Shown here one piece after another: positions 39,649 through 52,600 of a stretch of DNA of 64,000 bases. Both the position numbers and the translations under genes were made by a program. How positions within the stretch are numbered: position 1 is the stretch's first letter; every line of letters begins with the position of its first letter. A model generated the notes under the pieces. That model searched no databases and was not told the origin of the DNA. It was given only the letters and a program-made list of their open reading frames with translations. The stretch is taken from positions 86,180,001-86,244,000 of the forward strand of contig NC_043004.1 in the NCBI RefSeq assembly GCF_006345805.1. Direction: 5' to 3'. The DNA comes from Octopus sinensis. Lineage: Eukaryota.

Positions 39649-40939
39649 CATACATGCATACATACATACATGCATGCATACATACATACATACATGCATA
39701 CATACATACATACATACATGCATACATACATACGCACACATACATACACACACACATGCATGTATGCATATATACATGCATACATACATATATACATAAA
39801 CACATACATGCATGCATAGATACATACACACTTTTAAGCATTCACACACACATAAACATACATGCACACTTATGACTCGCACATACACAAACACATTAGG
39901 ATACATACATATGTATGCAGACACACAAACGTACTTATAATCCTTCACACACACACATATACACACAAACATACATACATACACTCTGATCTACACTCAC
40001 ACACACACACACACACACACATGCGCGTGCGCGCGTAAACATGCTTAAACATGTATTCACACATAAATATACATTCAAATTCACTCACACACATACATAC
40101 ACACGTATATGCACTCACACACACACACACACACACACGTAAACACACATATTCAATACATGCATACACGCATACACATTTCACTCGTAGGGATTCATAC
40201 ACGCACGCGCGTGCATAGCACTCAAGCATGCGGAAGAATTTGCTATCGACCAATGAAAAGCAACCTAATTCCGGAATAAGCCAATGATAAAATCGCTTAT
40301 ACGGTCGCTAGATCTGCAAGAAATAGCAGCCTTCTCTCTTAAATTACACTGTCTTACAAAGAAAGGAAGGGCGCAGTTTTATAAATAGGGTCCATGAGAT
40401 ATATACAAAATGAGATGATCATGACTAGATTGTCATTCATCATTTATCTGCTCCACCAGGGCTGCTGTCTTGGTCTAATTAACAACAACAACACGTACAA
40501 AACTGGTGATTGGTGAGGTAAGAAGACAACAAGAAATTGAGCTACGATCGTAGCAGTGGAAAGATGTTGGGTTAGTTGGTCGGTCGGTCGGTCGGTCGGT
40601 TGGTTGGTTGGTTGGTTGGCTGGCTGGCTGGTTGGTTGGTTGGTTGGTAGTTTAGTCGGAAGAATTTTTCCTACTAATTCTGAAAAAGAAGAACCGTCTT
40701 ATCATAAGTAGAGTCCATTGTTGCAAAATGACGACGGAAAAGTTTGAATTCAGTTGTAAAACTTTCCTCTGAATTTCCCATATGTCGAAACACAAATTTA
40801 ATGGTATCTTTCAATAGCCAGAAAAGTTTATTAAAAAGCCTTTCAGAGGAATCCTTGGCATTCAATCCTTTTATTTCAAAAATCGAGACAGTCTTCCAGG
40901 GAAATAATGTATTTATTTCCCATTGGCTATTATTTGCAA

Positions 40940-41460
40940 GGAAGAAGCTGGCAGAATCGCTAGCAAGCCGGTTCAAATTCCGCCGAGGTCGACTTTGCCT
41001 TTCATCCTTTCGGGATCGATAAATTAAGTAGCAGTTGCGTACTGGGGTTGATTTAACCGACTGGCCCTCTCCCCACAAATTTCGGGCCTTGTGCCTAGCG
41101 TAGAAAAGAATCGTTAGCACGCCGGACGAAATGCTTAGCGGTATTTCGTCTGCCGTTACGTTCTGAGTTCAAATTCCGCCGAGGTCGACTTTGCCTTTCA
41201 TCCTTTCGGGGTCGATTAAATAAGTACCAGTTACGCACTGGGGTCGATATGATCGACTTAAACCGTTTGTCTGTCCTTGTTTGTCCTCTCTGTGTTTAGC
41301 CCCTTGTGGATAGTAAAGAAATAGGTATTTCGTCTGCGCTACGTTCTGTGTTCAAATTCCGCCGAGCTCGACTGAGCCTTTCATCCTTTCGGAGTCGATA
41401 AATTGAGTACCATTTGGGTAATGGGGTCGATCTAATTGACTGTCACCCTACCCCGAAATG
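40940..41460 (+). mobile_element. Three head-to-tail SINE family B copies/fragments
   Basis: ttcaaattccgccgag(g/c)tcgac..gcctttcatcctttcgg recurs at ~40975, ~41170 and ~41350. Confidence 0.85.
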
Positions 41461-41576
41461 CCTCGCAGTGGGACTGAACCCAGAACCGAGTGGTTGGGGA
41501 ACAAGCTTCTTACCACAGAGTCACTACTCTACATATATGTGTGCGCGCGTGTGTGTGTGTGTGTGTGCGTGTGTGT

Positions 41577-41621
<45 letters not shown>

Positions 41622-42755
41622 TCGACGGGCGTCTTTCAGTTTTCGTCTAACAAATCCACTCACGCGGCTGTGGTCGGCTCGAGACTATAGTAAAAGACAC
41701 TTGGCCAAGGTGCCACGCAGTGGGACTGAACCTGGAACAATGTGGTTGGGAAGCAAGCTTCTTACCACACAGTACTCCTGCGTTTGAAGCTGTTGAATTT
41801 GTTCCTCTTTATAAGATTTATACTTTCTAAATCCTTCGACTAGACCTCGAGTCGTTCTGTTTATTTATTTTAATTTTTATTATTATTTGGTGGAGGGCGA
41901 ATTCGGAAGTTCACTTTGCTATCTTCATCGTCTCATAACGTTTTAATATTCATAACTTCAGATGATTTCCCTGTCATCGCAACAGTCATAAGAGATTTTA
42001 TACCACTTCAGCGTGCGGTCTACCGCAGCATCCGTAGTCTACGCTGTAAAATGACCTAATCTAGGTCAGGTTTAGGAACACTTTGAAATTACAAACTGAA
42101 AATTCAGAAGGCCAAGGTGTGTTAGTGCCTCCTCATGTCTACACAAGAAATGTTGTTCTTCGTGAACTTCGGCAGTGAATCATACCAGTATAGTATTCTG
42201 GGAGTGATAAATATGATTTCCTTGTTTTCCTGTTATTTTCGCATCTTATTACTTCCTCACCCTCCAATTGTCAACATTCATCGTGTAACTCTTTCAACAA
42301 TAACACGTTAAGTATTTTACCCGGCGCGCTTAACGATTCTGCTGACTCGCCGCTTTCGGGCCTATCATAATTGCCAAATAAAAATTAAGACCAGTTTCAA
42401 ATGAGAGGCAGAGATAATCTGAAGAATCAAGATTTCTCCAAAGCTGACATGACCTTAAAAAAAAAAACAAGATTTTGTCAGGAGCTAAGAGGACATAATA
42501 AGCCTGTCTGCTTCCGAAATATCATAGCAAGGTTAACTCTAGAGAATTCTTGAATCTTGAGATTAAGCCATCATCTTAAATGAAGCTGGTCTTAATTACC
42601 TTTTGATAATTACGGCTCATCCTCTAGAGCAGCGGTTCTCAACTGGGTCCACATGACCCTTAGGGTTCCATATAAGTTTTTGTTGTTACATTTTAAGGGC
42701 AATAAAACGGTTATACTTCTTCAATGCACAAAATGATTTAACCATTTTTGTTATA

Positions 42756-43299
42756 CGAGAGTGAGTCAAAAAGTAATGCCATTTTGTTTAGGACAGGTAT
42801 AATTACCAACACAGGAACGTGTATCATACATCAAAATGAAGCTTGTTCTTCATGCAGTAGATCACATCCCTACTTCTCAACATAGTCACCGTTTCTCTCA
42901 ATAGCAATGTTCCACTTTCGAATGAGGGCATTTATCCCTGCCCCGTAAAATTCTGTTGACTGTTCTTTGAGCCACTTCTTTAATACAGTTTTCACTTCCT
43001 CGTCACTGGAATAACGTTTGCCTCTCAAACCCTCTTTCGTGGTCTGAAGGCGCTAAATCTGGTGAGTGTGGAGGTAGTGAAGAAGTGGCTCAAAGAACAG
43101 TCAACAGAATTTTACGGGGTAGGGATACATGCTCTCATTCGAAGGTGGAACATTGCTATTGAGAGAAACGGTGACTATGTTGAGAAGTAGGGATGTGATC
43201 CACAGAGGACCAGCTTCATTTTGATGTATGATACATGTTCCTGTGTTGGTAATTATACATGTCCTAAACAAAATGGCATTACTTTTTGAATCACCCCCG
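42756..43299. mobile_element. Mariner-derived palindromic MITE built from two transposase 3' ends
   Basis: TA-flanked; ~225-bp arms are reverse complements; right arm translates KKWLKEQSTEFYGVGIHALIRRWNIAIERNGDYVEK*; left arm also carries HSPDLAPSD..KEGLRGKRYSSDEEVK on the minus strand; inserted in an hAT-MITE fragment starting ~42630. Confidence 0.9.
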
Positions 43300-43329
43300 T
43301 ACAATAGCCAATAACATTTAATTATGGTT

Positions 43330-43675
43330 TCAAATGGTTCAGTCCTACTGCGTGGCACCTTAGGCAAGTGTCTTCTACTACATTCCCCGGCCCACCGAAG
43401 GCTTGTGAGTAGATTTGGTAGGCGGAAACTGTGTGTGTGTGTGTATGTGTGAGTATGTGACTTTCTCTCTGTGTTTACCCCCCCCCCACCGCTTGATAAC
43501 TGGCGCTGGTGTGTTTACGTCCCCGTAACTTAGAGGTTCGGCAAAGAGACCGATAGAATAAGTACCAGGCTTTAAAAAATAAGTACAGGGGTCGATAAAA
43601 TCAACTAAATGATTCTTCGAGGCGATGCTGCAGCATGACCGCAGTCAAATGACTAAAACAAGTAAAAGATAAAAG
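43330..43675 (+). mobile_element. SINE family A copy
   Basis: ggttcagtcctactgcgtggcacctt.. through ..cagcatgaccgcagtcaaatgactaaaacaagtaaaag. Confidence 0.8.
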
Positions 43676-43944
43676 AAAATGATAAACGTCAAAAAGTGCA
43701 TGATTCCATATGTGACCATCATGCAGGAAAGAACCTAGGTCTACATGATTTAATCTGCATGGTGTGATTTTGAGGGCAATTTTTTTATTGCTATTTCTAG
43801 CAGGTCGATCAAACACTTAAAGTTTCCCTAAAGCGAATTAAGGCCATGACCTCGTGGATCCTTATCCACCACCTCACCCTACACACAAACCCGCCACACC
43901 GTTCTTCTTCCCTCCTCCGCCATTCCTCCGCTTTTGGCAAACAG

Positions 43945-43979
43945 ACAGAACAGAACAAATATGGTTTCTATAGAAGACG
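43945..43979 (+). CDS. Candidate 35-nt microexon (R)QNRTNMVSIED(G)
   Basis: Pyrimidine-rich tract then CAG acceptor at 43942-43944 (alternative in-frame CAG at 43951-43953), donor G|GTAAGT at 43980; converts phase 2 (exon 28970-29049) to phase 1 (kringle exon) with no stop. Confidence 0.5.
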
Positions 43980-44515
43980 GTAAGTCAGTTTGATTCCGGA
44001 GATAAGAATAAAGGAGATTCGGTTAAGTATGGGTTCGACGTGGCCATTCACTCTTCAGACAATTCCTCTGCGCCTCAGACTACTGTCACCACCACCACCA
44101 CCATCACCACCACTACCACCACCACCACCGCTATCTCCATCACCACCACTACCACAACTACCACCGCTACCATCACCACCACCACTACCATTACTACCGC
44201 CACCACCACCACTTCTACTTCTATTACTACGATCACCATCACTACCCTAGCCACCACCAACACCACTACTACTACTATTACTACGATGACCACCACCACC
44301 ACTACTGCTTCTGCTACCACCACCACTGCTACTACTACTACTGCTGCTGCTGCTGTTACGAATACTACTACTACTACTACTACCTCCACACTATCTTTAC
44401 TACTACTACTACTACTATTACTGTTGCTACAACTGCTACCACCACTATTACTACTGTGCTGCCACCACCATCACTGCCATCACTACCACCATCACTACTG
44501 CTACTACTATTACTG

Positions 44516-44553
<38 letters not shown>

Positions 44554-46183
44554 GGTTGCCAACCTACCAGGAAGTCTCTACGTGGTAATCACTCGACATT
44601 TTAAAATTAAATACGATTGTCTTTAAGAAAAAAAAAAGGACACATTGAGTAATGTACTCCTAGACATACTATGCCACATTTCAACGTCTTTGATCGTAGT
44701 TTTTCTCACTCACTACTGACTTTAATCAGATCTCTTCTCAGTCAGTCATGGACTGATCTTAACCCTTCTCAATCACTGCTGATTTTAATCATAACCCTTC
44801 TCAATCACCGCTGACTTGATCAAAGCTCTTCCCAATCGAACTTGTATCGATTTCTCTATTTGCTTTCTTTCTGTGGTCTTTTTTTCTTCTTTTCTTCTTC
44901 AAAAGTTTCTTTCGTTCGGCAATCTTCTTGTGCTGTCGACTTTGAACGGTTTTTCTTCCGCCCCTCTTCAGACATTTCCTTCATTCTTCAGTGGTGTATG
45001 GTAATTTCTTCTTCTTCTTCTTCTTCTTCTTCTTCTTCTTCTTCTTCTTTACTTCTTTCTCATTTTTCTTTTTTTCCCCCCCCCTCCTCATTCTTCTTCT
45101 CCTCCTCCTTCTTCGTCTTCTTCTTCTCCCTCTCCTCCTCATTCTCCTCCTCCCCTTCTTCTCCCTCTCCTCCTCATTCTCCTCCTTCTCGTTTCTTTTT
45201 CTTCCTTCTTCTTCTTCTTCTCCCCTTCTCCTCATTCTTCTTCTCCCCCTTCTCCTCCTCCTCCTCCTCCTCCTTCTTCTTCTTCTTCTTCTTCTTCTTC
45301 TAACTTCTCCAAACTTCTTTTAACTTCTAACATTTTCTTTTAACTTCCAACTTTTTTCTTTGTTTCTTTCTGTCTTCTTCATCCTCACCTTAACTTCGAA
45401 CCTCTTCACCTCCACCTTCTCCTCTTCGTCCTCGTCCTCCTCTTCCATCTCTTCTTCCGATGCCTTCCGCCATTTCTTCAACAGAAAGCACCGACTCGAT
45501 AAAAATCTATCCACACACATATATACACACACTCCACCCTCCTCACTTCCCTCTCTCTGTCTCCCCTCCTCCTCCTCCACCTCCTCTCGTACTACATAAC
45601 ATCGAGTCTCTTTCACATCCCACTCGCTCCGCACCCGCATCAACCTAACCCAACCATCACATTCTCCATCGCCCTGGTAGTTTCCGATTTATTCAATCTC
45701 CACTCCCTCCCCGCTTTCTTTCCACTATTTTCCCCCAGCGTCATCACTGTCACCACCGCCACCACCGCCTTCTCAATAATCACACTCCTCTCCCCCATTC
45801 CTTCTCCCAATAAATAAATGAATAAATAAATGTATAAATAAATAAATAAAACCACCTTGATACCAACATCAGTACCACTTTGATACCAACATCAGTACCA
45901 GTACCAGCACCATCGAACACTACAATGAGTTCGACAGCCTCCGCCATCACCACCTCCACCGCCGTCGCCCCCACTTCCATCGCATATACGAACACTACAA
46001 CGCTGTCGACGACCACCACTACCATCGCTGACGCCACCAACACCTTCTCAAGTATTATTCTCTCGTCTCCATTCGTCTCTCCGACTGAGAAAAAATGGCA
46101 CCGACATCAACACCAATATTATGTACATCTACGATGACTTCGACGGCCGCCATCTTTACCACCACCGCTACCATAGCCTATAC

Positions 46184-46533
46184 CACTGGTTCCCAACCGG
46201 AGTCCATAAGGCCCTGGAGGATCCATATAAGATTTTTGTGTGTGTGTGTTTGGGGGGTCCACGTAACAAAACAGTAAATTGAGGATCCAATAGCATTTTA
46301 AGGGTCACTGGAAATTTCAGCTTTAGGTATGTAGTGGTATGTATTGTAAGAAACGAGTAACGTTTTACATAGTTCAACCTACGCAAGTTAATGTTTGAAA
46401 AAGAATATAGGAATTTTGAAAGAAATTTCTATAAAACTAGTTTGTAAACATCGAATAGCTAAGAGGGTTCACCAAAATAAAATATAATATTAATCAAAAG
46501 GATCTACAGATAAGAAATGGTTGAGAACCACTG
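46184..46533. mobile_element. hAT (Charlie/MER5-like) MITE
   Basis: TIRs cactggttcccaacc / ggttgagaaccactg; no coding sequence; 8-bp TSD not clean. Confidence 0.7.
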
Positions 46534-47125
46534 GTCGAAACGAATCCTACAACACTTACGACCACCACCACCACCACCACCACTAATACGATAAATACCA
46601 CCGCCTCTGCTGCCGCAACTACCAGCATTACCATCGCCATCGCCATCATTATCGTTCTTAAGCTTTAACACAGAGTTTATCACTCATCCACTATCGTCCA
46701 CGCTAGACTAAAAACAAAAACAGTAGTCAGACGCATTCTCTGACTGCATATTGTCGTCTGCTGCCTCCAGTCTAGACTGTCTAGACGTTTAGATATGGCT
46801 GACTTTGCGACTTGCAATCTGCACACGAGAACTATGTGCTGTGTGCATAAACACAGCGCGTCGCCATTACTGCACGCTGATATAAACACAACACTGGCCG
46901 TTTAAAAAGTAATGTGTTTTGTACGCGCGCGACTGTATGTATGTATACATACATACATACATACATAGATACATATATATATAATATATATAGATATATA
47001 TATTATATATATGTATATATGTATGTATGTATGTATACATATATATATATATATGTATGTATACATATATATATATATATATATATAATATATTATATTA
47101 TATATATATATATATTATATATATA

Positions 47126-47166
<41 letters not shown>

Positions 47167-47374
47167 TATGTATATAATCTACCCTGTGTGCACACAAAAT
47201 GTCTTACTGATAAGCCAGGAAATACAAACTGGGAATATAATGAGTATACAATTGTTTAACCGTGTATAATTGTGTGTGTATACGTGTGTGTATGTGTATG
47301 TGTGCATCTGCTCGCGCGTCTGTAGGTGTGTGTATAAATACATACGTATGTACGCACATAGATTATACATATAC

Positions 47375-47419
<45 letters not shown>

Positions 47420-47744
47420 TACACACACCACATACATATATATATGGGTGTGTGTGTATGTGTGTATGTAGAGTGGTGGTCGTGGTGGTTGTCGTCGACA
47501 TCGTTGTAGTGTTCGCATATGCGATGGAAGTGGAGGCGACGGTGGTGGAGATGGTGATGGCGGGGGTCTGTCGACCTCATTGTAGTGTTCGATGGTGATG
47601 GTACTGATGTTGATATCAAGGTAATACGAGAAAGACAGTCTTGCAATTCCTTGTTGAACAATTTTCACAAATGATTTGTCTACAGAAATCAAATGGTTGT
47701 GCGTGCGTATGTGACACACACGCGCGCGCACGCACAAATGGTCA

Positions 47745-47862
47745 CATAGTGGCTTTGTGGTTAAGAAGCCTGCTTTTGCAAACATGTGGTTTCAGTAGAT
47801 GTCTTCCACTATAGCGCTGGGGTCGACCAACGAATGAATTTAGTGGGCGAAAACCTTCAGTG

Positions 47863-47917
<55 letters not shown>

Positions 47918-47932
47918 TAGTTAGATAGGCAG

Positions 47933-48009
<77 letters not shown>

Positions 48010-48270
48010 TGCGAGTATGTCTTTGTATCTGTGTTTGTCCCCCTTCCACACACACACACACCATTTGACAACCGGTGTTGGTTTGTTAAAGTCCCTGCAA
48101 CTTAGCAATTCTTCAGAAAGAAACCGATAGCATAAGTAGCAACCTTTAAAAACAAACAAACAAACAAACAAACAAACAAACAAAACTACAGGAATCGATC
48201 AATCAGACTAAAACTCTTTGAAGCGATGCCCCAGCATGGCCGCGATCCAATGACAGAAACAAGTAAAAAA
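47745..48270 (+). mobile_element. SINE family A copy with expanded internal microsatellites
   Basis: gtggctttgtggttaagaagcctgc.. head and ..gcgatgccccagcatggccgcg..gaaacaagtaaaa tail. Confidence 0.75.
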
Positions 48271-48992
48271 CACACGTCAAGTTGCATGTCTGTTGGTTTA
48301 TATTAATATACACACATGAAAATATTAAACATATTCTGATGACACACGGTGTAGGAGAAAGTAACAACCAGCGATGAGTCTTATTCCCGTTTGTCTGTGT
48401 GTCTGTCTGTTCGTCTTGTCATTATCGTCTGTCTTTAGTCATCTTTCTTTGACATGTATATTGCGTTTTGTCTTTCGTTTCTTCCTTCATCTTGTGTCTC
48501 TTCGCCCTGTCTCGTGTCACACGACGGTCTGCCTGCCTGCCTGCCTGTCTGTTTGTCTTCCTGTGTCTGTCTGCCTGCCTGTCTGGTTTGCTGGCTGGCT
48601 GTTTGTGTCTTCGTCCGTCTGTCATTTGTTTATCTCACACACACACACACACACACACCCTCTCTCTCTCCCTATGTTCTTTCTCATTAACATTATTTTG
48701 TTTACGAGCGCCATCTGAGATTTTTCGTTCTCGCGCGCGCGCATACACACACATACACACACACACACACACACACATACACACGCACACAAGCACCGAT
48801 AGACACACAAGCACTGTGACACACACGCGCATACACACACACACACATACACACACTTATAAACACACACGCTGCGATACACACCCACACACACACATAC
48901 ACACACATACACACGCAAAAGCACTGTGACACATACGCTCACATGCACACACACACACACACACACAGCCAACACCTCCTCCCACCAACACC

Positions 48993-49030
<38 letters not shown>

Positions 49031-49319
49031 ACGCGCGCGCGCGCGCCTGCGTCCCCAAATTGAAACTAACAAAGAACATGAAATGTTTCGTGTGTCACGC
49101 TATAATGATTGTCTGAGAGTTACTTCCTCATTACAAGAAGCTTCTTAGAAGGAGGGGATCGGCAGGACATTCCCTTCAACAACCACCCGCCGACTGACCG
49201 TCCCACCTACCCACCGACCTACAGACTGCCGCCACCACTCCCCCGTCTCTGCCCTCCTGTTTACCGAACACCACCTACATCATCATCATCATCATCGTCA
49301 TCGTCATTAATATATATTT

Positions 49320-49780
49320 CTTTGCTACCCTCAAGGGGCTAAACACAGAGAGGACAAACAAGGACAGACAAATGGATTAAGTCGATTACATCGACCCCAG
49401 TGCGTAACTGGTACTTATTTAATCGATAAGGCGGCGAGCTGGCAGAAACGTTAGCACGCCGGGCGAAATGCTTAGCGGTATTTCGTCTGCGTTAGGTTGT
49501 GAGTTCAAATTCCGCCGAGGTCGACTTTGGGGTCGATAAATTAAGTACCAGTTACGCACTGGGGTCGATGTAATCGACTTAATACCTATGTCTGTCCTTG
49601 TTTGTCCCCTCTGTGTTTAGCCCCTTGTGGGTAATAAAGAAATAGGTACTTATTTAATCGACCCCGAAAGGATGAAAGGCAAAGTCGACCTCGGCGGAAT
49701 TTGAATTCAGAACGTGGCGGCAGACGAAATACTGCTAAGCATTTCGCCTGGCGTGCTAACGATTCTGCCAGCTCACCGCC
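49320..49780. mobile_element. SINE B (+, 49427-49644) inserted antisense into another SINE B (-)
   Basis: 17-bp direct repeat ggtacttatttaatcga at 49410-49426 and 49645-49661 flanks the inner copy. Confidence 0.8.
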
Positions 49781-49963
49781 TAATCATCGTCGTTGTGATG
49801 GTTTTCGTCGTTGTCGTCACCATCATCTTGACCATCATCATCATCGTCGTCATCATCATCATCATCGTCATCATTATCATTGTCGTCGTCGTTGTCATTA
49901 TCATCATAATCGTTGTCGTCATCATCGCCACCACCATCATCATTCTCCTCATCATCTTCACCA

Positions 49964-49995
<32 letters not shown>

Positions 49996-50055
49996 TATCA
50001 CCACTTACCCCCACGACCACCACTACCACCAATTTCGCCACTATCATCATCATCA

Positions 50056-50155
50056 NNNNNNNNNNNNNNNNNNNNNNNNNNNNNNNNNNNNNNNNNNNNN
50101 NNNNNNNNNNNNNNNNNNNNNNNNNNNNNNNNNNNNNNNNNNNNNNNNNNNNNNN
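50056..50155. other. Assembly gap (100 N)
   Basis: Run of N. Confidence 1.
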
Positions 50156-50298
50156 ACATTTTTTATTTCTCTCCTTGTTTCTTTCTGTGGAAGAGCTTAG
50201 GCTCGAAACGTTAAAGACTTTTTCACTTCCCGAGCGTTATACAAATACATCTGTTTGTTGTCTACACTACCTGTCTTCGACTTTTTTTTTTTGAATTC

Positions 50299-50340
<42 letters not shown>

Positions 50341-50600
50341 CATACATACATACATACATACATACATACATACATACATACCAGAGTAAGCACATAAATG
50401 TGACACAAAGTGGAAAAAACAGTACTCAAATACCGGAGACAGAGTAATATGCTTTATTATTAAAACCGCAAAAACATCACAAAAGCTGATACTCAGAGTT
50501 TCACGTACCCTTTCGTCGGACAGTTTTTCGACGAACGGGAACGTGAAACTCTGAGTAACAGTTTTTTGTGATGTCTTTGCAGCTTTATTAATAAAGTATA
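50156..50600. mobile_element. Penelope-like pseudo-LTR fragments with hammerhead-like motifs
   Basis: Minimal motif gaaga-gcttaggctc-gaaacgt at 50190-50211; inverted pair of cgacga-acgggaacgt-gaaactctgagta motifs at 50486-50561. Confidence 0.6.
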
Positions 50601-50619
50601 TGTGTGTTTGTGTGTGTGT

Positions 50620-50657
<38 letters not shown>

Positions 50658-50750
50658 GTGCGTGTTGTGTGTGTGTGAGTGTGTGTATGTATGTATAAAT
50701 GTATCCTTTCACTCTTTCTCTCTACTTCCTCTTCTTTTTCCGTCTCTCTT

Positions 50751-50806
<56 letters not shown>

Positions 50807-51080
50807 TTCTCTCTCTCTCCTCTCTTTCTTTCTTTGTCTCTCCCGACTAAGTAATCTATACTCAACTCGCAGAAACTTTATGACCAATAACAGTGGAAGA
50901 AGTAATGATTTTATACAATATAACTTTCTCAAATTCTTCGGGGTCAAGTTTATCAGTAGGCCCCAAAGATCCGTCTCTCTTCCTAACCCCAAACATCAAC
51001 CACCCACAGACTTGCGCCACCCAACGATTAGTCTCACTTTCATTTTGAACTATTTTTATCGATAAATTTTCAAAAAGCAC

Positions 51081-51152
<72 letters not shown>

Positions 51153-51356
51153 CTCTTCTCTCTCTCTCCCCTCCCTCTCTCTCTCTATCTCTCTCTCTCT
51201 CCCTCTCTCTCTATATTATATATATATATTATATATATATATATATATATTAATACACATACACACAGATACGCTCGCACGCATACACAAGTGCGTGGGC
51301 TGGTTATAACATATACCCATATCTGCACGACCATTACTACCACCACCACCTCTATC

Positions 51357-51390
<34 letters not shown>

Positions 51391-52169
51391 ATATCAGCAA
51401 CAGCAGTAGCAGTGGTATGTTTGCCCACATATAAAATGCCACTATATAAATACAGTAAGGTTGGCATAGGTTTATATAAACAGCGCAAGTTCTCTGTCAT
51501 CAATCCCGTCACCACCTACACCTACACCACCACAACCACCACCACCACAACCACCACCACCACCTACACCATCACCACCACCAGCAACAACAACAAAAAC
51601 TTCGTCATTGCCCCACACATGAAGAACAACTATATCAGCCGCTATTCCAAAAAAAACACCATATGATTAGAGATGATCCGTCGTTGTCGGCGATGAGCAT
51701 ACAGCTGTTCTACCAACACAACGATCTTGGCATGTGTCTACGACAGTGATGAGCACACACGGGCCGCAGGACTGTCTGAATGGCACGCCTGCCCGCCTAC
51801 CTTGTATTTACCTTCAGCTTTTCTTGTTCAGTCGTGCAGCTCCGCATGCAGTTCAGTCATGTCTCATGTGGCCCGTTTCTCAAAGAAGGTTCAAAGCTGG
51901 GTTTTTGGATTACTCCAGTGCCTCGCTTAACGAACTCTTCATTAATTACCCTCACCTCTCTTCTCTCATTAATCTCTCTCACTTGCTACTGTCATTAGCC
52001 TGCGGCTATGCTGGGGCACTGGCACTGGTTTAGCCGGACAGCACAACTCCAGTACATACTATTTTTAAAGGTTTGTTTGGTCGAACCGCCAAGTCACTAA
52101 GTTACGAGGACGTAATAGTGCGTCTTATACACGAATAAATACGGTAATTTTATTGCAATAAAAAATACG

Positions 52170-52600
52170 GAATAGGGCCATGTATGGCTGTGTGATAAGA
52201 AGCTTACTTCCCAAACACATGGTTCCGGGTTCAGATCGAATGCGTAGCACCCTGGGCAAGTGTCTTCTACTAAATCCTTGGACCGACCAAAACCCTGTTA
52301 GTGGATTTGGTAGACGGAAACTAAAAGAAATCTGTCGTATATATATACATACATATATATATGTTTGTCTGCATGTATGTATGTGCATATGTCTGTGTGC
52401 CTGCGTTTGTCGCCTTCATCGTTTGACAACCGTTGTTGGTGTGTTTGCGTCCCTGTAACTTAGCGGTTCGGCAAAGGGACCGGTAGAATAAGTAGTGGGC
52501 TTAAAGGATAACTCCTGGGGCCGAATTGTTCGACAAAAACACGCCAAGGCAGTGCTCCAGCATGGCCGCAGTCAAATGATTGAATCAAAGAAAAGAAGAA
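52170..52600 (+). mobile_element. SINE family A, near full length
   Basis: ggctgtgtgataagaagcttacttcccaaacacatggttccgggttcag.. through ..ctccagcatggccgcagtcaaatga. Confidence 0.85.

Noticed and set aside
38421-40253. Overlapping YLSI/CVCV/HTHT/YIYI ORFs here and throughout the window
   Set aside because: Products of (ATCT)n, (AC)n, (AT)n and (ATAC)n repeats.
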